A stretch of 64,000 nt of DNA from contig OX597823.1 of the NCBI GenBank assembly GCA_951406725.2, positions 71,734,001-71,798,000 of the forward strand. The letters run 5' to 3'. How positions within the stretch are numbered: the first letter of the stretch is position 1; each line of letters opens with the position of its first letter. The translations under genes were made by a program, and so were the position numbers. Source of the stretch: Octopus vulgaris (taxonomy: Eukaryota). The notes beneath the pieces are model-generated. The model was not told the DNA's origin. It did not search any database and saw only the letters and a list, made by a program, of their open reading frames with translations. Positions 1-15,111 of the stretch are shown one piece after another.

Positions 1-74
1 GAGAATTCTGATAAGGGTTTCTTCTTGTATTGCATTATGCTTGCTTGCTTCATGCTTCATGCTCTCACTTGATG

Positions 75-410
75 GGACTGGGGTCATCCCAGATTAGTGG
101 TCTCAGACGCATCATCATGTGTAGAGTCAACCTGGTCCACCAGTGCTCTCCATCACTGGCGGTCCCTTGCCAGCTCCTCTGCATCCTGCAAGATGACATT
201 GAGCTTCTGGAAATCTTTCCCAATCACATCCAACCATCTGACATGGGGCCTTCCACAGGGCCTCTTCCTGCCCATAGCTGCTGCATTGAACATGAGTAAG
301 GCCCTGATAGGATGAACTGGTTGGAGGTAAAAGATGTCAGTAATAGCACATGCAGTAGGAAGCTCTGGGCTGGAATGTGCATGCATGCAGCTCTTCATTG
401 GAAACATGTA
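75..410 (-). mobile_element. RTE-clade LINE 3' remnant
   Basis: GRKRPCGRPHVRWLDVIGKD...ARDRQ resembles the RTE C-terminus. Confidence 0.7.
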
Positions 411-1055
411 TTGCAGTGTGAATATTTTATTTGATGTTGTTATTGCGACAGTATAGCATATAGTGTAACCCTTTTTGTTGATGCTGATACTAATTATTCT
501 GTGGTTTACCAGTTTTTTTTTTATTTATGTTGGATATAAACGATTATTTACTTGTTTAACACCAGTTGAATGTGGTTTTACTGTAAGGTGTTTGAAGTTG
601 TGTCTAGCTTTTATGAGGTTGGCTATTTTTGATGTGCAACTGAGGTTGTATTTTCTATTGTATTTTCTATGTTACCTTGTTGAACGGATTTTTAAATACG
701 TTTCTATAATTACGGAGATGTACTTGCATAGCAAGTGACCTGATGTGAGATCGTTTGCTGGCAAACATCCGTGCTGCATCTCCGTGATGCAGCATGGAGT
801 TTTGTCAGTGAACAGGTCGTGGTCGCAAAGCGATGAAAATATTTTGATAAATTAAATTTAAATGTTGCAGTGAATCTAACGGTTTTTGTGTTTCTTAAAT
901 GGCTTATAAACACCTTCCACACTAATTGTTTTCTATAATTATTTTGTTGAAATTATTTAATGTGGGGCCTATGATAAACTAATTGATTTAGGTACGAGAG
1001 GTGACTAATGATTGTTGAATTAATAAAAGAAAATATAAACTTGTTTCTTTTCAAG

Positions 1056-1220
1056 GTGACTACTATAGATAAAATCAATGAGGACTTCCGTTGTTGGGTA
1101 ACCACAGAAGAACATCCAAAGTTCCCAATTAATCTTCTCCAGGTGTCTCTTAAATTTACCAATGAGCCACCCCAGGGAATAAAAGCTGGGTTAAAAAGGA
1201 CTTATGGCAATGTGACGCAG
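1056..1220 (+). CDS. DNAH5: Dynein heavy chain exon (VTTIDK...TYGNVTQ)
   Basis: tcaag|GTG acceptor, CAG|gtaatg donor, [19 protein letters not shown]. Confidence 0.92.
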
Positions 1221-1579
1221 GTAATGTTTGCCTAGTTCCTACTTCTCTCTGTAGTATAGAGTACCAATATTTCTGGTAGTGCTGGTGGAAATAAGAACAG
1301 ATATAAAAATAATAACAATGCTGATGCTGGTGTTGGTGCTGATGCTGATGCTGCTGTTGTTGTTGTTAAGCAACAAGACGGGTAAGGGTGATTAGGTGAT
1401 GGTCTAGGACTTAGGGGCGGGAGACCCCAGACCTTGGAAAAAAAAAAAACTTTGGTCATCTTGTTGTAGTCGAGGGCTCTTCGTTGATGCCCGACACCAC
1501 TGGGAGGTGACCCTCGAAGTTGCTCAAAATAGAGATCTCCAGGTCTAAATTCTTCAATGGCTGCTGCTGCTGCTGCTGC

Positions 1580-1630
<51 letters not shown>

Positions 1631-3771
1631 ATTGGTGGTGGTGGTGGTGGCAGCAGTGTTGTTGTTGTCATTGTTGGTATTGTTGTTGTTTTTGTCGTTG
1701 TTGTGGTGTTGACAGCAGTGGTGATGACAATGTTTCTTTTGTTGTTTTACACAGGAGCAACTGGATATTAATGCTACACTAACATGGAAAATAATGTTGT
1801 ACGCTGTAGGATTTCTGCACACAACTGTTCAAGAAAGGAGGAAATTTGGCCCGATAGGCTGGAATATTCCCTATGAGTTCAACCAAGCAGATTTCACAGC
1901 AACTGTGCAATTCATTCAGACACATTTAGATGAAATTGACCCCAAGAAAGTAAGTATCCCTTATTTAAGAACACAGTCTATAAGGCATTATGTTTTAGAA
2001 TTTATTTCAATGGGTGATGACATTCTCAGATTCTTGATAAGGAATTTGAAAGCCCATTGCAGGAATGGAGATATATTCACTGTCATTACTTTATTGACCA
2101 GAAGCTGTTCCTCACTCCCATTGTTAACTTCTATATTTAATATTAGTTTCAAATTTTGGCACAAGGATAGCAATTTCAGGGGAACGGGTAAAGTCAATTA
2201 CACCAACCCTAGCACTCAACTGGTACTTCTTTTATTGACCCCCCACTCCACCCCAAAGGTGAAAGGTAAAGTCAACCTTGACGACAGAACTTGAACTCAG
2301 AACATACAGACAAACAAAATGCCACTAAGTGTTTTGCCTATTATGTTAATGATTCTTCTAGCACACTGCCTTTGTTCTATATTAAATATTAAGGTGAAGT
2401 CTATGGTAGCCTAAAATTAATCTATCAGTGAACTAATGGTATGACATGGTTTCACTTCTCACTTGTTACCATGTCATTTCATTACATTTATCATTTCATT
2501 TACATTTGTCTTAAAGACAGGGACTGTCGGAGGAACATTTATGCAGATCCAGGGAGCTCAATCTAAAGAAAGAATAGGTAATATTTAATCAATAGAGTAT
2601 TAGAGATCAGTGTGAGTGAGGAGAAGCGGCTAGTGGTAGACTAAACAAAGAAATGTTATTGTAGTATGATGTAGATAGGTCTCTGCACAGAGTGGTGGAG
2701 TTTAGAGAGGCAGGGAGAGGATAGTTGTGATTGAGTTGGTGAAAATATCAGTAGGAGGGGAAAATAAGAAGGGAAGATGTGGATAAATTGAAATGAAGAG
2801 TTGGGAGGTAGGATGAGTCAAAGAATAAAAATAACAAAACTGGGAAAGAAATATTTCATTATATGTATTTTAATGGAGGAGAGGAAGTGTAAGGTGGAAG
2901 GAACAACCAGGAAAGAAGGGGTCTGTTGATTTACTTTGCGTCCACTAATCCCTAATTAACCAACTCCCTTCTTTCCTAGTTACTCTCTCTACCTTGTTCT
3001 TTCTCACAATACTTCGTAAATATAAGTTTTTCTCAAAAATGCTAAGAGTAGAAGATGTTTTATATGATACATTCTACCAGTGTCCGAAGTTTGAAAGTGT
3101 TTAGTTACAAAAAATTATTTTTTAAATCTGTTGGTCAGAAGGTAAAGATCCTACATTTGAAATTATGAATGAAAATGCTTGTTTATTACAAATAAGGTAG
3201 TTTCATAACAAATTTTTTTCCAAATATATCTTATATTTACTTTATAGGGAGTTTCCTGGAGCACAGTTCGTTACATGATCAGTGAAGTGCAATATGGTGG
3301 TCGTGTCACTGATGATTATGACAAAAGGCTGTTGAATACTTTTGCTAAAGTGTGGTTTTGTGAAGAGATGTTTTCAGATACTTTCAGTTTCTATACTGGT
3401 ATGGTTGAAATTTTACCTTTTAGAATTATTTGTATATAGCCATCTGAATGTATTGAACAAGAGCGAGATATGTTAAGATGGTTTATCATCATAGTTAGCT
3501 TCATTGTCCCATGAACTGGACAGGAACGGTGTAGTTTTGTTGTATGACTTTTTACTTTTTACTTGTTTCAGTCATTAGACTATGGCTATGCTGGGGCACC
3601 ACCTAGAAGGACTTTTTAGTCAAACAAATCAACCCCAGGACTTAGTTTGTTTAAGCCTAATACTTATTCTATCAGTCCCTTTTGCTGAGCTGTTCAATTA
3701 CAGGGATGTAGACAAACCAACACTGGTTGTCAAGCTGTCACGGAGGACAAGCACAGACATCAAGATACATG

Positions 3772-3818
<47 letters not shown>

Positions 3819-6800
3819 ATATAACGTGCATCTTTTAGTTTCCATCTGCTGAATCCACTCACAAGGCTTTGGTCGGCCTAAGGCTATAGTAGAAGACACT
3901 TGCTCAAAGTGCAATGCAGTGGGACTGAACCCAGAACCATGTCGTCAGGAAGCAAGCTTCTTATTTTTTTATTGCCCACATGGGGCTAAACATAGAGGGA
4001 ACTTACAAGGACAGGCAAAGGAGTTAAGTCGATTACATCGACCCCAGTGCATAACTGGTACTTAATTTATTGACCTCAAAAGGATGAAAGGCAAAGTCGA
4101 CCTCAGCGGAATTTGAACTCAGAACATAACGGCAGACAAAAATACCACTAAGCATTTCGCCTGGTGTGCTAACGTTTCTGCCAGCTCGTCTTCTTACCAC
4201 ACAGCCATGCCTGTTTTTGGTGAGATCTACTTTAAAAATTACATTCATCAGTTACATTCTTCCAAGATGTTTACAGCAAGATTCCAGTAGTAGAAAAGCT
4301 CTAATTCTCTGCCTCTTGTGGGTGCTTTTGTTTCTCTTGCTGTCATAACAGTGGATATATTTTGTTTAATGTTAAACCCCTTTTCTTTAAAAAAAGATAG
4401 GATTATTGCTCAGCATACACTGTTGGATGTTAACAGTGGCATTAACATACAATAACTTTGTATGACAAATGCATTTCTTCAATATCCTATCTATTAAACA
4501 TTTTGTATTCTATTTACTGCTATTCCGTCAGTTATGATAATGAGGGAAAACAGTTTATCTGATCAACAGAACAGCCTGCATGTGAAATTAACGTGCAAGT
4601 GGCTGAACACTCCACAGTCACATATACCTTTAATATAGTTCTTGGAGAAATTCAGTGTAACACAGAATGTGATAAAGCTGGCCCTTTGAAATACAGGTAT
4701 TACTCATTTTTGCCAGCTGAGTGTACTGGAGCAACAGGAAATAAAGTGTCTTGCTCAAGGACCTGATGCACCTCCAAGAATCGAACTCCTGGACTTATAG
4801 CAATTGTGAGCCAATTACCCTAACCACTAAGCCATGCACCTTCTTTCATCCTACTTATAAAAGGCATATTTGCTATAATTTATGTGTAACCAATTTAATA
4901 AATGAAATTATGTTCTAATTTGTAATGAAATAAAGTTTATCTTGCTCTGTGTGTGACTGATTATACCGCCTTTCCTTCTGAGAATGAACATCTTAATTAA
5001 ACAGAAATAAAAGCTTGTTAATTATCTAATTTACTACTATTTTATAGTTACATAGGAAGATATTTGGACTTTATTAACAGGTTACACAATACCAAAATCA
5101 AGGATGCTTGAGGATTTCCGCCAGTTTATTGAACAACTCCCTCCTGTGGACACACCACAAGCTTTTGGTTTACATCCCAATGCCGATATTACGTAAGAGT
5201 AAATTTTCAAACCTAAATAATGCTTTGCATTGTCAGAACAAATATTCTTCCATAAAATTTCAGTTTCTATTTAAATAACATTTGAAACTATTAAAGTTCC
5301 TCCTTCTGTATAATATTGTATGCAAGTTTTTTCCCTTATGTTTTTTTTAATCAAAATTGAAATCGAATTCGATGATTGGCATCCGTGCTAGTGGAGCGCT
5401 AAGAGCACCATCCTAGCACGATCGTTGCCAGAGCAGCAAACTGGCTTCTGTGCCGGTGGCATGTAAAAAGCACCATTTGAGCGTGATCATTACCAGCATC
5501 GCCTTACTGGCACTTGAGCCCCTTGCTAGTAGGGTGCTAAGAGCACCACCCAAGTGTGATCGTTGCCAGAGCAGCAAACTGGCTTTTATGCTGGTGGCAT
5601 GTAAAAAGCACCATTTGAGCATGATCGTTACCAGCATCGCCTTACTGGCACTTGTGCCGGTGGCATGTGAAAAAACATTTGAGCAAGGTGGCACGTAAAA
5701 AAACACTATTTGAGCATGGCCCTTCAGTTGTTTCCAAAGTTGTCAGTTTACTTACTTAGCAGTCAATACAAAATCTTTTGCAAGACTTATTGTAAACATA
5801 TGGCTATATTTATATCTGCATATTGTTCAATTTTAACTCTTAAAGTCCTGCAATGTTTCCTGTATATAAGTCTCTTCATCCAGCTGGAAACTAGAGACTT
5901 TGATGAGATATACTTGGTCTTGTATAAAATCACAAAAATATAACTATTGCATGAATTTGGATGAAATTGATGACAGTTTAATGATCATTGGTATACATTG
6001 TGGGTATGGCTTTTATTTGTCACATCACTCAGGTAGGTTAAATACATTTTTTAAGAGGATCGGCACTATGCTTATTAGCAATTATCCTACTGTTGTGTTG
6101 GTTAACGAAAGAGGCGAAGTTTCTGCAGCAAGAATAGCTGATCTTAAGCGTTCTTCTATTAAATATTCTATAAAATTTATGATCTGTTGAAAATGCCTTG
6201 AGACTAATTTCAAGAATTCCCTACCTGTTTGTTTTTACGGCCAAATTGAAAGCTGGGTTGAACCACAAAACTTTCCTAGTCCTTGTTTTATGTGTAGTAC
6301 TACTACTAGCATTAAGTTGGTTATATTGGATCTTCTCAGAGAATCCACAATGCCTTAATGCGCTATCGTAATAAGGTGCAGCATTTTGGAATGCTGCCTC
6401 ATCCGAAGAAATTGATGATATTCGTCCACCTACATTACTGACTAAGTTCCTAAGAATAACTGGTGGATGATTTGATTTCTTTATTCTTATTGCTTTAATA
6501 ACACTCCCCATATATGTCATCCAGTATATAGAGACGCCATATTGAAAATATATCAGAAAATTAATATTTTAATTTTTTTTAATCCTCACCACTCATTAAC
6601 AAAAGGATTAAGGCAATATCATTTGATACACTCCTGCTCAGAATTGATAATTTCTGATACCACTAAGATCAATAGTGCAGATGACACTAACATACAATTC
6701 TTCTTAATTCTTATTATTATATTGAGTTCAAGCTATCTTCCTATAATTAATTCACTAACAAATAAATGACATTAAATAAATCGATAACGAATAATAATAC

Positions 6801-9800
6801 AAAATTTTAATTCCACTTCTTGAAATATTAAACACCATTATATGCAAAATCAAAGGAAGAAAAATCTCAAGAAATTCAGTTGATAAAACAAGAGGAACAT
6901 TAGTAAATAAGCATAAAAATTAAACACACATGGGAACTTCTTTCTAAAATGAAGTTAAACTTTGTTTCTCACAAAGCAGCATACTTATTGCCAGTGTTTG
7001 ACTCACAAACAATGCTTTTTAAATTGTGGTTACATCTGGTTTAGGAATTGTTTACAGTTGCAGTTACTTGCAGTATAGGACTTTGAAGAGTTAAACATAA
7101 AATATTACATCATCATTATCATCATCATCGTTTAACATCTGCTTTCCTTGCTAGCATGGGTTGGACGATTTGACTGAGGACTGGCGAATTAGATAGCTGC
7201 ACCAGGCTCTAGTCTTGATCTGGCAGAGTTTCTACAGGTGGATGCCCTTCCTAATGCCAACCACTCCAGAGTGTAGTGGGTGCTTTTAAGTGCCAGTCAG
7301 GTGGTACTGGCAATGGCCACACTCAAATGGTGTTTTTTTATGTGCCACCTGCACAGGAACCAGTCCAGCAGCACTGACAACGACCTTGTTCCAATTTTTT
7401 TTTCACATTCCACTGGCACATGTGCTAGTAAGGTGACGCTGGTAATGATCATGCTCGAATGGTGCTTTTTACGTGCCACCAACATGGAAGCCAGTTTGCT
7501 GCTCTGGTAATGATCACCCTTGGATTGTGCTCTTAGTGCTCCACTAGCACGGATGCCAGTCATCGAATTTGATATCGATTTTGCTTAAAAAAATATAAGG
7601 GAAATTAAAAAAAAAAACAACAACCTTAAAGATAATAATAAAAGGATAATTTATTGCTTCACATATTTCAGATATCAAACCAATACAGCCAATGATCTAC
7701 TTTTGACTATGATGAATATTCAACCAAAAGAATCCCGAGGTGGAGAAGGTGAGACTAGAGAAAGTGTTGTCTACAGACATGCTGATGACATGCTTGAGAA
7801 AATGCCACATAATTATAACCCATTTGAGGTAAATACAAATTTTTGCATCAGAATCATCATCACTCTTTAATATCCATTTTCCATGCTGGCATGGGTTGGA
7901 CAGTTTGATTGGGAACTGACCAGCTGTAGAGCTGCCCAGGCTCCTTGACCATTTTAGCACATTTTCTATGGCCGGATGCCCTTCCTAATGCCAACCACTT
8001 TACATACTGTACTGGGTGCTTTTACACAGCACTGGCATGTGTGTGTTTACGTGGAACAGGTGATTTTTGTGTGACACCATTACCCAGAGCCTATGAGATT
8101 AGGGGCACTCAGTTGGAGAGGGATGCAGGGGACAGCCTGTATGAAAGGACAACCATTGGTTTTACTTAGCTTGATGTTTGTACAATTACTGGAATAAGCG
8201 TGTTGTTTTTAGGATGTAGATGATTATAATTGAAATATTCAATTTTGAGCTGATGAAAAGTTAATATTGTAGAAGAGTTGGTATGACAGTCAATTTACTC
8301 ACATATTTTCACAGGTATTTATTTCATTAATCCAAGCTGGATGAAAGTTCAAACTGCTGATAATAGGATTTGAACCCAGAACACTGAAAATTTGTTTTAT
8401 TTTATGTTTTGAGTTCATATTCTGTTGGAAATAAAATTTTAGCTATAGAGTATTTTGGAAATTTTCTGTTTTTGTGCTGGTTATAAACTTTTATGTGGAG
8501 TCACGTGGCTTAGTGTTTAGGGTGGTGTCAGCATCATAATCATAAGATTGTAGTTTTGATTGCTGGACCAGGCGACGCGTTGTGTTCTTGAGCAAAACGC
8601 TTCATTTCACGTTGCTCCAGTCCACTCAGCTGGCAAAAATGAGTAGTGCTGCAATGGACTGGCCATTGAAACTCGGAAACCGGGCCCCTTAGCCTAGCTA
8701 GGCTTTAAAGGGGCACATTTAGTAGAGATGCAATCACCCAGTGGTTAGGGCAGTGAACTCACGAGCCAAAGGATCGCAATTTCGATTCCCAGACCAGGTG
8801 TTGTGTGTGTTTATTGAGTGAAAACACCTAAAAGCTCCACGAGGCGCCAGGGGTAGTGGTGACCCCTGTTGTACTCTTTCACCACAACTTTCTCTCACTC
8901 TGTCTTCCTGTTTCTTGAGTAACACTGCAATGGACTGGCATCCCGTCCAGCTGGGGGGGAACACATACGCCACAGAAACCAGGAAACTGGGCCCATGAGT
9001 CTGGCTAGGTTTGAAAAAGGTGAGGTCTGTTTTTTATAAACTTTTATATGGTAAATATTTTTCTTGTAAACCATTATAGTGAACTCTTGGTAAATTTACT
9101 CAAAACGAGTATGAGTTTAGCTTTCCTGGATTAATAAAATAGATAACAGTATTATATTGTCAGTGATTCATTGATTCTCCTTCCTACAAATTTCTGGACT
9201 AATTTCAAAGGAAGAAATGGAACTTTTGTGCATCTGATAATGAATATCAAAATGGTGATTCTGAGCAACATAAATCTACTGGTTTTAGTTTCTGTTTGAA
9301 TTGTTGTTGCCTTCTTTCGAATGGGAAGGAAGAGCTATTTTCATCATACCTGTGGCTATGGCGAAAGAATGTATCTGGTGGACGTGTTTGAAAGGATTAG
9401 AGACAAACACTTTCCTCTCTGGTCAATCTCTCATCAACTTCTTCAAGTATCACTTGAAAAGGAAAGTGAAAGTAGAGAGGCAAATTTTGTCTAGCAAATG
9501 TTTAAAAAAAAAGATGGGTGAATGTAGCAAGGATGGCATGTATGGATGACAAAGCAACCTTGAGCATAATTCTATGAACCCGGAAAAATTTAAAACAGAG
9601 AGTTACTTACTTGCAAATAAATGTGTTAACATGTGACATTATTTGACGGAGGTTACCGTGGTATTTTCCGTAGGCTTTTCTTTCCCCGGATGAACCTTAT
9701 CTGTTTCCCCCTTTACACTTTACATCGTGACATTTCTGTGATACACGATCCCTATTGATAGTTTTTTTTCCTTTCTTTTTTTACGATCCCTTCTGATCGA

Positions 9801-11336
9801 AAACCTACCCACCTTTTTTTCTTTTTCTTTTTTTTTTTCTCTCCAAAAAGAAAAGCTCTACATTGTAATTTGTCCCCTCTGTGTTCAGCCCTGTGTGGCT
9901 AGTAAAGAAACATATTTGAATTGTTGTCTTATATTGGTAAATATATTCCAGGTGAAAGAACGGCTAAAAAAGATGGGAATAATCCAGCCCATGAATATCT
10001 TTCTGCGACAAGAAGTGGACCGCATGCAATTAGTTATTTCAGCAGTTCATAGCACATTGGTCAACCTGAAACTTGGTATAGATGGTACAATCATCATCAA
10101 TGAGAATCTTAGAGATGCTTTAGACAACATATTTAATGCCAGAGTGCCAGTCTCCTGGAAGAAGGTTAGTCAACAGTAAATCATTGTTTGAAGTATTACT
10201 AATGCTAGATGTTATTCCATTTCTAGTAAAACTAAATTGAAGTATGAAATTATTTTCAAATGAAATTAGCATCTATAGGAATAAATTGAGTTACCAAAGT
10301 GACAAAAATCAATGACTCCTTTTTAATTTCTGATTAACCGAGTAAATTTAACTTAACAGAGAGGTTTAGTTTACAGGGAAGTAACTCAATTGGTATTTTT
10401 TCTTAGCTTGCAATACTGAGCTCAAACTTTCACATAGACCTTGTTGAAATAGCTGGGGACAATTTCAGTTTATATTCAAATCTCTGTATATATAAAGCTG
10501 AAGTTGTCTGTGTATGGCAGGTTTGGTAGCCTTCAACTAACACTATTTCCTCTGAGACCCTGCGGTGCAAGTTGACCAAAATTGAGAGTATGATAGAAGA
10601 AGACTTGCTCTTCCTTCTGTAGAAGAAAAAATTCAAATCAGACCATGTTAACACCAAAAATCAGTTACATCAAAAAGGTGCTTTTTTTTTCTATGAAAAT
10701 CCCTATTTTTTATGATTTTTTGACTGCTGTGTTGCCATTTTTTGGTGTATTTCAACCAGAAAAATGTTCACTTAAAGAGAATAACTAGCTACATAATTCA
10801 AAATTTTTAATTTTCAAAAATTCCAATTCTAAAGGGTCGAAACAAATCCGAGCAACACCGGGTGATACTGCTAGTTATCATATAATGCACATAACAATGA
10901 AGTTTCATTGTTTTTTCTGATAACCTAGTGGATTCTATTTTATCACATATTATTGTAATAAATACCAAACAAAAGTAACAGGATGAATTCAAATGTGAAA
11001 TAGAAAACTTAAGCAAGGATGTACTTTTAAGAAATGTGAAATTTTCAGCATAAAATAAGCAGTACAACACTTGTGACTGAATACAAGCTGAAATCTGATG
11101 AGAGAAATATCTACAGTCGTGTATTGGCAACATTTTCATCTTCCCAAAATATTAACGAAGTAAAATTCAATAATAAAAAATATGTGAAGTAATATCATTG
11201 AGAAAAATAAATTACAATTCTTTGTAACCCAATATTTATTTCAAATCCAATAATAATTTTTGTGAAAGCTAGATTGCAAACATTAGCTTTTGAGTCTGTA
11301 TGTATAACACATTCTTGCACACATGTATGCATGCAT

Positions 11337-11426
<90 letters not shown>

Positions 11427-11561
11427 ACTTTAAACATATGCACTGTTTGTATTTCACTTCAGTTTTATAATCAATTTATTTGTAGCATGATATTTCCAGA
11501 AAACAACAATTTTTTTGACACAGAGTTTAACAGCAGGAATCTTGCCAAAACAATCCTCAAG

Positions 11562-11620
<59 letters not shown>

Positions 11621-14600
11621 GAAATGTATATACAGAGAGAAAGAGAGATACATGCACAACGCACTCATATAATCATCATCAGTAGCATTGTTTGACATTC
11701 TGACATCTGCTTTTCCAAACTGGTATGTTCTGGAGAGGTCTTCTGAGGTTGTATTTAATGGCTGGGTGCACTCCCTGTCACAACACCTAACTTCTAAGTT
11801 ACCTTGTATGGTCCTTCTGCATCTCCTTATTGTCAACCACTTTATAGTGTAAACTAGGAATAGCTTCTCACTGCCCCAGTGCTAAAAATATTATGGCTCC
11901 AGCAGAACTGAATTGTTATCTTTACCTTGAGGTATCTCCCTTGCTTCGTTCACCATCAGCTGGCAAATGAATTGGGCAGGACAGAGTGAGAAAGAGAAAG
12001 ATGAGTAGCAATAATGATGAGTAATGATGAGAGAATAGAAATGATGGATATCAATAATGAGTGACTGGAGAGTAAGAAATAAGAGGAAGAGGTTGTGTGT
12101 TGACTTTTACAATGATTTGGGAGTGATGGCAAGGGAGACTGAATAAAGAGGGAGATAGATACAATGTGGTACCATCCCTTGTGAAACAGACAGATAAGAG
12201 AAACGGAAAAAAATTTTGGGTGATACATTGACAGGAAAGGATGTGAGTGAGAGAAAAGTAGCTTCTGGAGGCTTGATATGAAGAGAATAATCAGAAGTGA
12301 CTCAGTAAGAGATAGGAGGAAGCACTCCGTCGGTTACGACGACGAGGGTTCCTGTTGATCCGAATCAACGGAACAGCCTGCTCGTGAAATTAACGTGTAA
12401 GTGGCTGAGCACTCCACAGACACGTGTACCCTTAACGTAGTTCTCGGGGATATTCAGCGTGACACAGAGAGTGACAAGGCCGGCCCTTTGAAATACAGGT
12501 ACAACAGAAACAGGAAGTAAGAGTGAAAGAAAGTTGTGGTGAAAGAGTACAGCAGGGATCACCACCATCCCCTACCGGAGCCTCGTGGAGCTTTAGGTGT
12601 TTTCGCTCAATAAACACTCACAAACGTCCGGTCTGGGAATCGAAACCGCGATCCTATGACCGCGAGTCCGCTGCCCTAACCACTGGGCCATTGCGCCTCC
12701 ACTCAGTAAGAGATAGTGTACATCTCAACCTCCATCACCACCACCATCATCATTATGTCTATGCCTATTTTTCTATTTTTACTGCGGTTGAGTGAGTTTT
12801 CTTCATTGCTGTAATTCATCACTTTGTCCTGTTTTTCACTTTGTCTCCCTCTTATATTTCTCTTGGAATACTCAGCGCTTCTTTAGACAACTAGCGTCTT
12901 CCAAATGTATCACTTTCTCATACAGTTACAGTTTTCTTTCTTATACACTATATCCAGTTCTTCTTATAATCAAATTTTCCCCTCAGCTAATTTGTTCTCC
13001 ATCATTTATACGACCAGCAAAATATGCTCAGTTGATTTTGTTTTCAAACTATCATGTACCATTGCACTTAGTATGCAACCCTCATAAAATCTGTCACTCA
13101 CTCAGAGAGAGAGAGAGTGTGGGGGGGAAGAGAGAGAAACCCTTTGTTAGCAGAAGTAAAAGCTTTCTGAACTTCCTCTCCTATGTTTCTGGACAAACAT
13201 TATTATCACTGCTAATTAGATCAACTAAGGTACAAATGTTATCAAATACTTCTGCTATTTACCTTCTCTGTCAGCTTGACTGTAATCCCATTACATCTCT
13301 TGTGTGTCCATCATCTAAAATGGAAATGCTACATAGAATTCTTACCTACTCCTTTTCAGTACATGAAACTTGGGCCACTTTACTGTCATGTCACCTTTCC
13401 TGCTAATTAAAAACATTAGTCTTTGAGTCTTTTCCATTGTAGGTTTTGTTCAGGATTTGAATTTTCTTTCTGAACCTTTGGTCGATTCAGCTGTGAAAAC
13501 CAAGTCATTAGTATACAAGAGTTCCCTGAGTAAAAAAAAATCAATGATTAAAAAAAGGGTGCTATGGACTTGGTGGGATGGAATACACAAACAATTGACC
13601 TGGTAATTTATGTGTGAATGAAATAAAATATTGACTTTCCGTTTTTTGGACAATTTTAATTCTTTCTAAAATAATATAAAACAAAGTAGCAAATAACCAT
13701 CTTTTATATATCTTTTTCTTTTATTTTGTCATTTTTAGATTTCTTGGGATGCTGCAACTTTAGGATTTTGGTTCACAGACCTCATTGAAAGAAATGAACA
13801 GTTTTACAACTGGGTGTTTGAAGGACGTCCCAATTATTTTTGGATGACTGGTTTCTTTAATCCTCAAGTAATCCTTCAGCTTTAATACTCTGTAATGTCT
13901 CCATAGATTTATCACATACAGCATTTACTGAAACAATTATTCTTTTTCAAATGTTTTATATTTTCAACCTTCAATAGTTAGTCCATGTTTTGATACTGAT
14001 TCCCTATAAGCAAGCAAAAGCTTCCAAGGTCATTTTAGGATTGTGTCTCATGTCTTACATGGTGCTGATGATAGCCAAGAAACTAGAAATGCCATCACCA
14101 TTCTGCCAGAAGGTGCCATAAAATGGCTGTTGTTCTTTTGATACCTATTGCCTAAAGCAAGCATTTTTTTCAATGGCAAACTGATGTGTAAACAGGCTTT
14201 TTTTTACAGGTCAAATGTATCCCAACCATGTCTGAACTTCAGTTCTATATTTATGAGATGAGGAATTATGTACATTATTTACATTTGACGGATATTTGTC
14301 CTCATCTTGTTTGTTGTTAATACAGTGTTTCGGCTGATATACCCTCCAGCCTTCATCAGGTGTCTTGGGGAAATTTCGAACCTGGGTTCTCATTAGAATG
14401 AAAGATAGCAGGATCCCTAAGCAGATGCTGTATGGGTAACTTGTTAGTGGAAAGAAACTCCAGCAGAAACCAAGGCTGTGATTTAAGGACTGTGTAAAGT
14501 CCTCATTAAAAGCTTGTGATATGCAGGAGACTGACTAGGAAAGCAATGCATGTCATCACTACAGACGGAGGAAGCAAGTTAAGGAGGTCTACAGCTTTGA

Positions 14601-14828
14601 AAGAGCGTGTATTCTGCATGAAGAAGTTAAGTATGCTTCTCAAAAGTGCACTACTAGTATAGTGAATGGGGAAAGCTTGATTTGCAATGTTTGTAGTTGT
14701 GTATGCTTGTCAAGAGCAGGGCTCATTAGCTATCAACAGAGCCGCAAATGCAAAATATAAGTTAGTCCTAGATGTTCAAAATGTTCCTAAAGGTCAGCAA
14801 TGGCCTTCCTCTGTCCCGAGTGGACAGT

Positions 14829-14864
<36 letters not shown>

Positions 14865-15061
14865 AGAATTCACGAAAAAGTCAAAAGATGAAGACAGGTG
14901 GTGTAGGCAACAAACAGATGTATTAGTTTAACAACTGGGAAGTGGAAAAGTCTTTAACGTTTCGAGCCTATGCTTTTCCACAGAAAGGAATACAGAAAGA
15001 AACAAGGAGAGAAAATAAAGAATGTGTAGTAGCTAGCAATCTATCATGGCAAATATATATG

Positions 15062-15111
<50 letters not shown>

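Noticed and set aside
1232-1822. 196-aa ORF and overlapping poly-Q/C/L ORFs
   Set aside because: Translations of trinucleotide microsatellites in an intron.
5440-5710. Regularly spaced GTGGCATGTAAAAAGCACCA repeats (CRISPR-like look)
   Set aside because: The spacers are homologous to each other, so these are internal repeats of a eukaryotic SINE-like family. No cas genes are present.
12630-12700. tRNA-like sequences here and in other SINE heads
   Set aside because: They lie within TSD-flanked SINEs and show no complete cloverleaf.
12792-13406. 204-aa intronic ORF
   Set aside because: No motif or splice support, and biased composition.
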